Assembly: GCA_028534125.1 (NCBI GenBank)
Contig: CM052817.1
Location: forward strand, 29,514,001-29,578,000
Length of the DNA: 64,000 nucleotides
Source: Lama glama
Taxonomy: Eukaryota
Direction: 5' to 3'
A model generated the notes under the pieces. That model was not told the DNA's origin. It made no database searches and saw nothing but the letters and a program-made list of their open reading frames with translations. Each line of letters starts with the position of its first letter. Positions within the stretch are counted from its first letter, which is position 1. The translations under genes were made by a program, and so were the position numbers. Positions 1-11,890 of the stretch are shown one piece after another.

Positions 1-345
1 TACATTATTGACACCCTCATGTTTGATCTCAGCTTAATGCCACCTCCCTGGAGAGGGAGAGTTCTTCTCTAAGCACCCCAACTAAAACAGCAACTTAGCC
101 GCTTATTTTAAATTCTCTGGTAAGCACATGCTGCTATTTGATTTTTTTCTTGAGTCTATAATTATTTCATAAATTTATATACCTGTTTATTACTTATGCC
201 TCCAAAGTTTATTACTTATAACTTATAAGTTTATTACTTATAAACTCCAAAAATAAAGAGACTTTTTACATTTTGTTTTTGTTCTACCCCCAGAAGTATT
301 AACAGTTGTCTGATAAGTATGTGTTGACTCAATATTGAATAACTT
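1..345 (+). mobile_element. L2 (L2a-like) LINE 3' end, degenerate
   Basis: Motifs 'tctcagcttaatgccacctccctggagagg' and 'ccccagaagtattaacagttgtctgataag...ctcaatattgaataa' resemble the L2 3' terminus as recalled. Confidence 0.6.
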
Positions 346-361
346 AATATTTCAGTGACAT

Positions 362-1272
362 TTGTTTTGGTTAGTTTCTCCACAGCAGATGCTAATACTA
401 AAATTTGAGTGAAAAAAATTTTGGGGAGGTGATCTCAGGAAGAAATATTAAGAAAGTAGAGAATTCAGAGAGAAAAAAGAATATAAAATGTGGTATTAGG
501 GGAAATAATGGTTCCCCAAAGACATCCATGTTCTAATCCTTGAAACCTGTGAATATGGAAATAGGAACTTTGCAGATGTGATTAAATTAAGGATCTTGAA
601 ATGGGAGATGGGAAAATTATTCTGGACCATCTGGGTAGGTACAATATATCATAAGGTGGCAGGAGTATTAGAGTCAAAGAGATATTTGAAGATACTACAT
701 TGCTGGTTTTGAAGATTAAAGTAGAAAACACCTGCCAAGGAATGCAGGTGGCCTCTAGAAGCTGGACAAAGTGAGGAAATCTGTTCTCTCCTAGAGCTTC
801 AAGAAGGAATGCAGCTCTGCTGACACCTTGATTTTAGCACATGAGAACTATTTTGGACTTTGGACCACCAGACTGTATCATGATAAATCGATGTTGTTTT
901 GAGCCACTAAGCTTGGGAATAATTTGTCTAAGAAACTAAAACAGGTGCATTAAAAACAAATTACCATTATTGGCAAATTAAGCCCAGTTATGCTGGGGAC
1001 TTGAAATTGTATAAAACTTGTTTCAGAATCTCTTCACTTAAGATGCAAGAAAGATGGTTCACCTTTCCAGCAATTCTTGTTATTCCTTGGTCATTCTCCT
1101 GGAGTGACTGTCTGCAGCACCACAGACCTGCACTGCACATAGACAAAGCATGTTCCCCAGAACAGAAAAAGCCCTCAGGCACAATCAAAGGTATAGCAGA
1201 AGCCCTACTGGCATGCATGGCAAGGGTGAGCAGAGAGCAAAGATGGGCAGGGAACCAAAAGCATTTGCTAAA
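362..1272 (-). mobile_element. ERVL solo LTR (LTR16-like), split by an MLT1 insertion at 490-943
   Basis: 'ttggttagtttctccacagcaga...ttggggaggtgatctcaggaa' resumes after 943 with 'ggtgcatta...ttacca' and ends 'gaaaaagccctcaggca...gatgggcagggaaccaaaagcatttgcta', colinear with the recalled LTR16 antisense. Confidence 0.65.
490..943 (+). mobile_element. MaLR solo LTR, MLT1D/MLT1C-like
   Basis: TG...CA ends; 'ctttgcagatgtgattaaattaaggatcttgaaatgggagat', 'gccaaggaatgcaggtggcctctagaagctgga', 'ctgctgacaccttgattttagc', 'tgttgttttgagccactaag'. Confidence 0.85.
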
Positions 1273-2039
1273 ATAATCTTGATCCCTTCATACTGACACT
1301 TCTCTGCCATATTTAGTGTTAATATTTATTACAATATTTTAAATTTAATGAATACTTTTTGCTAATCACTATGCTAGGTTAAGGCAGCACAAAGCTTTAC
1401 TCTCATTCCTCAGGAAATTTCCCATTAGTAAGTAACAGAAACAATTTCTGGAGTCTATAAGGAAGGTTAAAATGAAAATTACATAAGGTGACTTTGTAGC
1501 ATACAAGAGATTACTGGATCTAGATAATATTGTAAGAAGAAGGCTATGATTAGATGGGATCAAGATGCTTAAAGTTAATATAGAAACAAAGTATATGAAG
1601 AAATGGTAGAGGGTGTATTCTATGTGCAATATGTACATTCTGTGTATAGTATGTGGAAATGTATGCCTTCAGAAAGAGCTCTGTAGGTTTATTATACCTA
1701 CAGAAAGTAATTTTTCGTGAGGAGTGGGCCTACATCTTCAAGTGATGCTGATAAGTTGATTTGGGTGCCAAATGACTCTCATAATATCCATTAGCATTTT
1801 GGTTTTGGACTTTGTAATACACTATTCTATGTACACACCTGGTATGCACATTTGGCAAATGGATAATTGATAAGAAACAAATATATACTTCAACTCCCTC
1901 ACTGGGAGTTTCTAAAATACAAAACATCATCAATGGCTAATACTGGCTAGAGTAAAACAAAATTCTAGGAAAGGACAGATTTTCTCATAATGTTCATGTA
2001 AAATGTTTGAAGGAGTAATCCTCAACTGTTCTCATTTTT

Positions 2040-2923
2040 AACATCCTTCCATCTAATATACTGTCAACGCTATTAGCACTAACTTCAAAATATTCAAGTA
2101 TCTGAAAACAAATATATGTGTGTTCATGCATGACTGAAGCATTGTGCTGTACACCAGAAATTGACACAATATTGTAAACTGACTATACTTCAATAAAAAT
2201 ATATATACAATATATTCAAGTATCTAAACAGTTTCATCATTTCCAAAGTTACCACCCCGTCCAGGTAGCCATTGTTTCTCCCCTTGTCTATCTGATTGCC
2301 CTTTAGATGAACACTTACCTTCTTGATTATGTTACATGACTGTCTATTTTCAGTTAAGTAGCCAAAGTGATTTTTAAAAAATTTAAGTCAGGTCATAGCC
2401 AACCTCTGTTCAGAACCCTCTGAGTGATTCCCATTTCGTTCAGAGTAAAAGATAAACTCTAAAATGACCTAGAAGACCATAGCTCATTTAGACTTCCTTT
2501 ACTTTGCTGACTTTGTCTCCTACAATTCCCACTCACTGATTCTATTACAGCCACACTTTCGCTTTCAGGGCTTTTGTACTTTGTTTCCCTTACCTGGAGT
2601 GCTCTACCTCCAACATACATGTGCCTCTTCATTTAGATTTTCATTTTAAGACCATCTACTTGATAAGCACTTCCTTGACCATCTTATATAAAATGTAATT
2701 ACTTCTCAATACTTTCACACTTGTTGGTTTTATTTTTTCTCCTTAAAAATCTACCACTGTCTAATTATATTTACTTTTTACCTATTAATTATATATATAT
2801 ATTTTTTTTCTTCATCTCTTTCAGTCCACAAAGTCGGAGATTTTTATTCTGTATTCTTGGCATCTCAGAATATGTCTAGGATGTAACAAATCCCCAATAA
2901 ATGTTTTTTAATTAATAAATGAA
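2040..2923 (+). mobile_element. L2 LINE 3' portion, interrupted by a short L1 tail
   Basis: 'gccaaagtgatttttaaaaaatttaagtcaggtcat...ctctgttcagaaccctc...cccatttcgttcagagtaaaa', ending in 'aataaatgtttttaattaataaatgaa'. Confidence 0.7.
2104..2211 (+). mobile_element. Very short 5'-truncated L1 3' tail with 14-bp TSD
   Basis: 'tgttcatgcatgactgaagcattgtgctgtacaccagaaattgacacaatattgtaaactgactatacttcaataaaa' matches other L1 tails in this window (for example 56620-56700). TSD atattcaagtatct at 2090-2103 and 2212-2225. Confidence 0.9.
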
Positions 2924-3524
2924 TTTTTTATAGAGAAGAGATATAATAAAAGCTACTTTTTTTTTTTAAAGAAAGAGCAATATGAACTAGTTGACAATGG
3001 AAATTAAATGATTCTGGAAGCAGGCAATGCTGACCACAAAAGTAGTTTTTACCTTAGCCTGTGTTGGAATTCCTTTTCCCCTCAAGGAAATGAAAATAAA
3101 TAATTGAAATTACTGCTACTAATAAGGCCTACCTCTCGCTTACAAAGTTTCAATCAGTATTCTAAGCACAGCCCTACCCTACCCTACTCTGTCTTTGTAT
3201 GTGTGTTTGCAAAAACTCCTAGTTCCATTATCTTTGAATGTTCAAAGATTTCCACATGACTTTCTCAATCACTTAAAGGCTTCTATTCTATAGTATTCAT
3301 CTCCTGGCATCTTCAGTTAGTGCAGGTTGCCTCTCTGCCTCTCTCTCTCTTCCTCTCTTTGTCTTTCCATCTTGCTTGCTTATTTATTTTTTGCTTTGAT
3401 ATAACCTTTGATATAACACAGTTTCTAAAATGAATTTATACATACTCACACACAAGTGCACATGCCATGAGCCATGCCTGTGGCATCTATATCTATCTAT
3501 TCATATATATAAACATATATGGAG

Positions 3525-3753
3525 AACACTTTATGCTGAACACTGTACTAAGTGCTCTACAAGTATCACTTGTTGAATACTATAAATAACCCTATGAATT
3601 TAGCACAATTGTTATCATTCTCTTTTACTTAAGAATAAATGGAGACAAAAAGAGTTAAATAACTTGGGCAGGATAAAATATCTAGTAAGTAGGAGCAGAG
3701 TTCACACCCTGTTAAGTTGCTGGTCACTCTCTCTTAATGACTATACTGTACTG
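3525..3753 (-). mobile_element. MIR SINE
   Basis: 'cactgtactaagtgctctac...aaccctatga...gagttaaataacttg...ctcttaatgactatactgtactg' matches the MIR antisense. Confidence 0.8.
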
Positions 3754-3965
3754 GATAGGTAAAACTTGTTACAAGTAAATTAAAAATACAAGGGGAACTA
3801 AATATATTTATATACCTATTTTCTATATATAAACATATACTTATATAAATTATATGTATATATTATATAATAGTAATATGTTTGGCACTTGATGTTGTTC
3901 CAGAGGTCTCTTAAACTGTACTCATTTCTTTGTATTATTTTTTTCTTTTTTCTGTTCACCGAGTT

Positions 3966-4470
3966 CACTAATATTCACATTATAGGGGTCCCAGAAAAAG
4001 AAGAGAGAGAGAAAGGGGCTGATAATATATTTGAAGACATAATAGCTGAACAATTCCCTAACCTGGGACAGGAAACTGTCACCCAAGTCCAGAAGTGCAG
4101 AGAGTTCATCCCATGCAGTATTAACCCACAAAGGAACACAGTGGAACACACTGTAATTAGAATAGAAAAAAAAATACAGATAGAGAATAGTAAAAGTGGC
4201 AAGGGGAAAGCAATAAATAACATACAAGGGACCTCCCATAAGGCTATCGGCTGACTTTTCAGCATTTTCTACAGACCAGAAGGAAGTGGCATGACATATT
4301 TAAATTGATGAAAGTGGAAAACCTACAACCAAGAATACTCTACCCAGCAAGACTTTCATTCAGACTTGGTGGAAAAATCAAAAGTTCCACAGACAAGCAA
4401 AAGCTAAGAGTTCAGCTTCACCAAATCAGCTTTACAAGAAAAGTTAAAGAAACTTCTCTAAGCAAAAAAG
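3966..4470 (+). pseudogene. L1 ORF1p remnant (RRM/CTD region), frameshifted
   Basis: ORF-track peptides at 3889-4254 and 4305-4508 carry ORF1p motifs IIGVPE and PRILYPARLSF. Confidence 0.9.
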
Positions 4471-4752
4471 AAAATATCACAAGTAAAAACAAGAAAATTA
4501 TGAAATGAAAAGCTCACTGGTAAAGGAAAACATGTAGTAAAGGTAGGAGATCATCCAAAAATGAAGCCAGTAGGAATGTTAAAAGACAAAAGTAGTAAAA
4601 TCATCTGTATCCACAATAAGCAGTTAAGAGATACACAAAACAACTAGATGTAAAATATTATGTTAGAAATAGTAATTGTGAAGGGACAGGAGTATCAATT
4701 CAGGGTTGTTAAAATGCATTTAAAATTAAGAAGTAAGTAATTTAAAACAATT

Positions 4753-4794
4753 ATGTATATGTATATATGTATGTGTGTGTGTGTGTATATATAT

Positions 4795-4867
<73 letters not shown>

Positions 4868-4887
4868 AAGAGATAGAGAGAGAGAGA
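4753..4887. repeat. Compound microsatellite (TATG/TG/CA/TA/GA)n inside the L1 inter-ORF region
   Basis: Directly visible dinucleotide runs. Confidence 0.95.
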
Positions 4888-5058
4888 CTGCTATACAAAA
4901 ACCTCATGGTAACCACATACCAAAATTTTATAATAGAAACACAAATCATAAGAGAAAATTTCAAACATAATACTAAAGATAGTCATCAAATCACAAGAGA
5001 ACAAAAGAAGGAAGGAACAAAAAAAGACCTAAAAAAAAAACCCAAAACAATGAACAAA

Positions 5059-8000
5059 ATGGCAATAACAATATACATATCAATAATTACTTTAAATATA
5101 AATGAACTAAATGTTGCAATCAAAAGATATAGTGACTGAATGGATACTAAAACAGGACTCCTATATATGCTGCCTAAAAGAGAATCATTTCAGATCTAAA
5201 GATACACACAGACTGAAAATAAGGGGATAGAAAAAGGTATTCCACTCAAGGTGGAAATAATAAGGTGGAAATCTAAAGAAAGTCTGGGTGGCAATACTTA
5301 TATGAGACAAAATAGACTTTAAAGTAAAGACTCTTACAAGAGACAAAGGAGGACATTACATAATGATCAACAGATCAATCCAAGAAGAAGGTATAACAAC
5401 TGTAAATACACTTGCACTCATCATGAGAACATCTAAATACATAAAGCAAATATTAACAAACATAAAGTAGAAGTCAACAGTAACACAATAATAGTAGGAA
5501 CTCTTAACACCCCAGTTACATGAATGAACAGATTATCTAGACAGAAAATCAATAAGGAAACAGTGACTTTAAATGACACATTAAAATCATGCCATCCAAA
5601 ATCAGCAGCAAACACATTCTCTTCATGTGCACATGGAACATTCTCCAGGAAAGATCACATGGTAGGCCATAAAACAAGCCTCAGTAATTTTAAGAAAAAT
5701 GAAATCATATCACACATCTTTTCGATCACAACACTATGAAACTAGAAATCAACTTCAAGTAAAAAAACAAAAAAATACAACCACATGGAGGCTTAAACAA
5801 TATACTACTAAACAACCAATGGGTTACTGATGAAATCATAGGGAAAAAGTAAAAACTGGAGGCAAATGAAAACAAAAACACAACTATAAAAATCTGTGGC
5901 AACAAAGAAATTGCCAAACCAATATGTATATTTTTAACCATCTGGTGAAAAAGTGTTGCCTTTGGCTGAAACTATTCTTCCAATTTTGAGGCCATAGAGT
6001 AAACTTTATCCTTACTAGCTGATAGAAATAAATTGAATTTGGAAGAGACTTAACAGGATTTAAGCAATCCTTGATGTTCCAGATCCACAACATAAAATCT
6101 ATGAAGGCTGCTACTTCTCCATGGTTTTATCATATGTCATCCTTAAGCAAGATGGAGAATTTGGCTATTGTTTCTTTGTGGTTTTAAGAAATTATATGAT
6201 GAATCTCTTCCAATACAGGTAGTATTTGGGTGTTGTGGTGGCTACCCAAGGTGGATGATTATAGGTAGCCTTACCTGAGCCACTCATAATGACCTAGTCT
6301 GTGTGTTTTTCTCACCCATCCCAATGAGGCTATTTATGCGGAACCTACTTATCATGAACAGAATAAAGTCAGGACTAATTGTGAAAACAAATCTATGGGA
6401 CACAGCAAAAGTAATTCTAAGAAGAAATTTTATAGCCACACAAAGCTATCTCAAAATTAAAAAAAAAACTCAACTAAAGAACCTAATTTACCTATAAAGA
6501 ACTGAGAGAAGGAAAAACAAACAAAATCCAATATTAGTAGAGGAAAGAAATAAAGATTAGAGCAGAAATAAATGAAATAGAGACTAAGAAAATGATAGAA
6601 AAGACCAATGAATGTAAGATCTGGTTCTTTGAAAAGATAAACAAATTTCATAAACCTTTAGCCAGACTCATCAAGAAAAAAAGAGGGCCCAAATCATTTA
6701 TATCAGAAATGAAAAGAAAAAGTTACAACTGATATCACAGAAATACAAAGGCTTATAAAAGACTGTTATGAACAAGTATCTGCCAATAAAATTGACAACC
6801 TAGAAGAAATGGACAGATTTCTAGAAATGTACAATCTCCCAAGACTGCACAAGGAAGAAATAGGAACTATGAGCACACCAACTGCCAGTAATTAAAAAAC
6901 AAACAAACAAAAACTCCCCAAAAGTCCAGAGCCAGATGGCTTCACAGGGGAATTCTATTAAACAATTAGAGAAGAGTTAACACCTGTATTTCTCAAACTA
7001 TTCCAAGAAATTGCAGAAGAATGAATGCTTCTGAACTCATTCTATAATGCCAGCATCACCCTGATACTAAAACCAGACATAGATATGACAAAAAAGGAAA
7101 ATTACAGACCAATAGCATTGAAAAACACAGACACAAAAATCTTCAATATCAGCAATCTGAATCCAACAATACTACAAAAGAATCATATGCCATGATCAAT
7201 AGGGTTTATCCCAGAGAGGCAACAAATTTTAATATCTGCAAATCAATGTCATAAACCATATTAAAGAAGAATAAAAACCATTTGATCATCTCAATAGATG
7301 CATTAAAATCGTTTGATAAAATTTAATACCCATTTATGATAAAAACACTCCAAAAAGTGAGTATAGAGGGAACATACCTCAACATAATAAAGGCCATAAT
7401 ATGACAAGTCCATAGTTAACATCACACTCAGTGATAAAAAGATGAAAGCATTTCCTCTAAGATCAGGAACAAGACAAGGATGTCCATCCTCACCACTTTC
7501 GTTCAACACAGTATTAGAAGTTCTAGCCACATCAATCAGAAAAGAAAAAAGAAAAAAAAATCCAAGTTGGAAAGGAATTAGTAAAATCATCATTGTTTGC
7601 TGATGACATGATACTATACATATAAAATCCTAAAGACATCACCAGAAAACTACTAGAGCTCATCAATGAATTAATATATTTGCAGGATACAAAATTAATA
7701 TGTAGAAACCTGTTACATTTCTATACAGTAACAATAAACTCTCAGAAAGAGAAATTAAGGAAGTGATCTCATTCATAATAGCTTCAAAAGAATAAAATAC
7801 CTAGGAGTAAACCTACCTAAGGAGGTAAAAGACTTGTACTTAGAAAACTATGACACTGATGAAATAAACTGAAGATAACATGGAAAGATATACCATGTTT
7901 ATGGACTAGAAGAATTAACTTTGTTAAAATGACCATACTATCCAATGGAACCTACAGATTCAAGGCAATCCGTATCAAAATACCAATGGCATTCTTCACA

Positions 8001-9334
8001 AACTAGAACCAATAATTTAAAAATTTGTATGGAAACACTACAGACCCCAAATAGCCAAATGAACCTTGAGAAAGAAGAACAAAACTGGAGGAATCATGCT
8101 CCCTGACTTCAGACTATAGTGCAAGGTTACAGTAATTAAAACAGTATGATATTGGCACAAAACAGACATTTAGATCAACAGACCAAAATAGGGAACCCAG
8201 AAATAAACCCACATACTTACAGTCAATCTATGACAAAGGAGGCAAGAATATATAATGGAGAAAAGGCAGTCCCTTCAACAAGTGGTGTTGGGAAAGCTGA
8301 ACAGCAACATGTAAATCAATGAAATCAGAATACTTCCTCACACCATATAAAAAAAAAAAAACCCAAATGATTTAAATACCCAAATGTAAGACAGGACACC
8401 ATAAAACTCTTAAGACAAAACATAGGCAGAACACTCTGACATAAATTGTAGCAATATCTTTTTGGATCCTAAAACAAAGTCAATAAAAGTAAATATAAAC
8501 TAATGGGACCCAATTAAACTTAAAAGCTTTTGCACAGTAAAGGAAACCCTGGAGAAAAATGAGAAGACAACTTATTGATAGGGAGAAATATATGCAAATG
8601 ATATTAATGATAAGGGCTTAATATTCAAAATATATAAATAGCTCATACATCTGAACATCAAAAAACCCCAAAACAGACAACCCAATTGAAAAATGGGCAG
8701 AAGATCTGGTATTTTTCTGAAGAAGACATACAGATGGCCAGCAGGCACATGAAAAGATTCTCAACATCATTATTTATCAGGAAAATGCAAATCAAAATCA
8801 CAATAAGGTATCACCTCACGCCGTCAGAATGGCTATCATCAAAAAAATGCAAATAACAAATATTGGGTAGAATGTGGAGAAAAGGGAACTCTCATACACT
8901 GTTGGTGGGAATATAAATTGGTGCAGCCACTGTGGAAAACAGTACGGAAGTCTCTAAAAAAACGGAAAATAGAACCACCATATGACCCAGCAATTCTGCT
9001 TCTGAGTGTCTATCTGAAAAGTAAAATGAAAACACTAATTCAAAAGATACATGCATCCCAACATTCACAACAGCATTATTTACAACTGTCAAGATTTGGA
9101 AGCAACCTAAGCGTCCATCAACAAATAAATGAATAAAGAAGATCTGATTATAGATAGATAGGCAGACAGACAACTAGCTAGCTATTCAATGGAATACTAC
9201 TCAACCACAGAAAGAATTAAATGCTGTCATTTGCAGCAACATGGATGGACTTGGAGTGTATTATGCTAAGTGAAGTTAAGTTGGACAGAGAAAGACAAAT
9301 ACTGTATATGATATCCTTTATGTGTGGAATCTAA
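5059..9334 (+). pseudogene. L1 ORF2p remnant (EN-RT-C-terminal), disrupted; interrupted at 5900-6388
   Basis: EN N-terminus, NLWDTAK, FADD RT motif, terminal 'tgtggaatctaa'; multiple stops and frameshifts. Confidence 0.92.
5900..6388 (+). pseudogene. Unidentified non-L1 insert, candidate 5'-truncated processed transcript (retrocopy)
   Basis: Interrupts ORF2 at the NLW codons. Flanking repeat aaatctgtgg (5890-5899) / aaatctatgg (6389-6398); AATAAA at 6362-6367 followed by a short A run. Confidence 0.55.
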
Positions 9335-9699
9335 AAAAAATATAACTAGTGAACATAACAAAAAAGAAATAAACTCACAAATATAGAGAACAAACCAGTG
9401 AGGAGAGGAAAGGGGGGAGGGGCAAGATAAGGGTAGGTAAGAGTTACCAATTACTATGTATAAAATAAACAAGTTAAAGGATATATATTACAGCACAGGG
9501 AATATATCCAGTATTTTGTTATAAATATAAAATAAAACCTTTGAAAATTGTTTATTACTATTTTGTACCTCTGAAACTCATGTAATATTCTACATCAAAT
9601 ACACCTCAACAAACTTTTTAAATACAAGAAATAAATATATTTGTATACCTATTTTCATATATGTGAATATATTTATAATATATGTTATATGTATATGGT

Positions 9700-11030
9700 A
9701 TCTCTCTCCATCTCTCTATCTTTCCGTATATATGTTAGATGTTATATCTCTGGAGAACCCATACTAATACAGATTTTCATCTCAAGGGTGGTTCTAGAGG
9801 AACAGAATTTTATAGATGAGCTTTCAGAACTGGTTTAGGGTTTTTGGAATTGACTCTGAAATCTGACTAGGTTTAAGAACACAAATGACTCTATTTCCAG
9901 TATTGGAGAGAGCACCAATAATCCATGGTTTAATCAGTCAACATCGGTTTGCAAAATATCTCCACTGGATACTCCCATCAACCACTTATAAGAAGCAAGG
10001 AACTGGGTGACTGTGTATGTGATACTTTTGAACACTTTTTTTTAAACTAACAAAAATAATGAGATTGGCTAGCTGTTTCTATGTCACTGGCAAAGTGGAG
10101 AAAGGAAAAGATGATCCCAAACATCAAAAAAAAAAAAAAAACCCCACAAAACCCTGAAATCTGAGTACCCTGAAAGAGACCCATGTTTCCTTGAATTAAG
10201 ATGAGGCTAGGTCTTGAGGACTACAAAAAAAAAAAAATGTATAGCATTATTCTTTCTCTCAGTCTTCTCCAAAGGGACCTACAGTCTTTTGTGAGGATAA
10301 CTTTGTATTGTGGAAATGGAAATAATCACACATTTCAGGGACTACTGGACGTTGGATCTGAACTGACAATTCCAGCAGACCTAAAACATCACTGTAGTCC
10401 AATAGCCAGAGTAGGGGCTTCTGGAGGGCAAAATATCAATGGAGTTTTAGCTCAGGTCCATTTGCAAGTGGGCCTGGTGGTTCTCTGAACACATCCTATG
10501 GCATTTCCCTATTTCCAGAATGCATAATTAGAAGAGATATACTTAGCAGATTGCAGAATTCCCTCATTGGTTCATTGACCCATGGAGTAAGGGCTATTAT
10601 AGTGGGAAAGGCCAAGTTGAAGCCAACTAAACTGTCTCTACCTAGGAAAACAGTAAATCAAAAGCAATACTACATTCCTGGAGAGAGTTCAGAGATTAGC
10701 GGCACTATCAAGGACTTGAAAGATCGATGGGTCGTGATTCTTACCATCCTTCCACAAATAAGAAGGAATTCCTATCTGCTTGCTATGTCTTCTATCCTCT
10801 TCCATTCTATCTGCCTAAAAGACATTCATCCTCTCCTGCCTGCAGATCCATACTGGATCTATACCATTGGCTTTCCTAGGTCTCCAGCTTGCAGGCTACA
10901 GATAATTGGGACTTCCCAGTCTCCATATCCAAGTGAACCAATTCCTTATAATCAATCAATCAATCAATCAATCAGTCACTGTCTCTCTCCCTATCCCTAC
11001 ATCTCCCAGGCTAATATATCTGTGGTTTTG
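9700..11030 (+). mobile_element. Internally deleted ERV-L provirus: 3' end of an MLT2-type 5'LTR, leader/gag piece, protease and RT start, partial MLT2-type 3'LTR
   Basis: 'ctctggagaacccatactaataca|gatttt...gtggttctagaggaacagaat' is the MLT2/ERVL-internal junction. The 3'LTR piece is 'ggtctccagcttgcagg...gggacttcccagtctccat...gtgaaccaattccttataat'. Confidence 0.88.
10230..10750 (+). pseudogene. ERV-L pol remnant (aspartic protease and RT N-terminus)
   Basis: FQGLLDVGSELT (catalytic DTG changed to DVG), INGVLAQVHLQVG, IGSLTHGVRAIIVGKAK, VNQKQYYIPG...EISGTIKDLKD, all matching ERV-L pol as recalled. Confidence 0.9.
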
Positions 11031-11224
11031 ATAAAAAAAAAAGGCAAATACAAATACAAAAAATTAAGAAAGATGGTTAATATAGCTATTAATGAAGAGT
11101 ATCTTAGCAGATTAGAAAAGGATAATTTAATTATTCTCTTATCCCTCGCCCCCTTCATTTTACCTAGATTTGTTCCAGGAGGAAATTATGATTGCTTAAG
11201 TTAGATAAAAACTTCCAGCCTAGA

Positions 11225-11430
11225 AATTAGGGCCCAGCATTACCAGATCTTCTATATTTTAACACAAAACAAAACTCCAGACATTTATTTAAACTTTCCC
11301 AAGTTTTAAATGTTAGCTCATAAATTTTAAAACACTGTAATACACAAATACACACACACACACGCGTGCGTGCACACACAAATGTCTATTGATCAAACTC
11401 AACCCACACTCCAAGATTTTGTCCTTTGTT
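11225..11430. mobile_element. hAT-Charlie MITE, MER103C-like
   Basis: 'ggcccagcattaccagatcttctatatttt...aagttttaaatgttagc...ttttaaaacactgt' resembles the recalled MER103C. Confidence 0.5.
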
Positions 11431-11774
11431 GAAAGGTAAGGATCACCACTTATGTTTAGATAACATTTCCTAAACATTGAGGTTTAATTCTGAAACTCTT
11501 GTAATCACTAGGAATTAGTGAAATCATATTTCTTGGCAAAATGTGGCATATAAATGGTCAATGCTTTATTTAGGGGAATAAAAATGTACTTTAAGAAGAA
11601 ACTGAATTAAGAGTTAGACATGATGAGAATTTTCAAAACTTTAAAGATCTAATAAGCACATATCCCTAAATGGAAGTATATTCCTTTCTCATGTATGGGG
11701 GAGCTGAGGAAATATTGGTAAGCAATTCAGAGCCCTTTTGTTTTTAGAAATACCCTCAGAGACATATGTACTTC

Positions 11775-11890
11775 ACTCATTTAGCAAATATGTATTCATT
11801 ACCTATGGTTTATGCTAAGAATTGAACGTACAGTGTCATGTAAAACAGTCATGATTCCATACCTTCATGGAACATTTGGTCATATCTAAA
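11775..11890 (-). mobile_element. L2 3' tail fragment
   Basis: 'cactcatttagcaaatatgtattcattacctatg...ccttcatggaacat'. Confidence 0.5.

Larger units (their letters stand above)
3866..9618 (+). mobile_element. Near full-length degenerate L1: ORF1 3' half, inter-ORF region, ORF2, 3'UTR; short 5' inversion at about 3866-3965
   Basis: ORF1 peptides NIHIIGVPEKEEREKG and LQPRILYPARLSF; ORF2 start MAITIYISIITLNINELN; RT motif LFADDMILY at 7593-7619; C-terminal QPLWKTV; L1 3'UTR. Many stops and frameshifts. Confidence 0.95.

Noticed and set aside
205..246. Small tandem duplication of aagtttattacttataa
   Set aside because: Ordinary slippage inside an L2 relic. Similar micro-duplications occur at about 58508, 59018 and 61769.
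4695..5139. ORFs with YIYI/ERER repeats
   Set aside because: Translation of microsatellites within the L1 inter-ORF region.
5900..6388. Gene assignment for the insert
   Set aside because: All six frames contain several stops and none matched a protein I recognise, so no symbol is given.
10551..11204. 217-aa ORF as a possible domesticated ERV gene
   Set aside because: Non-ATG start; only the first about 65 aa are pol-derived, and the rest is read-through of LTR, (TCAA)n and flank. The upstream protease is disrupted.
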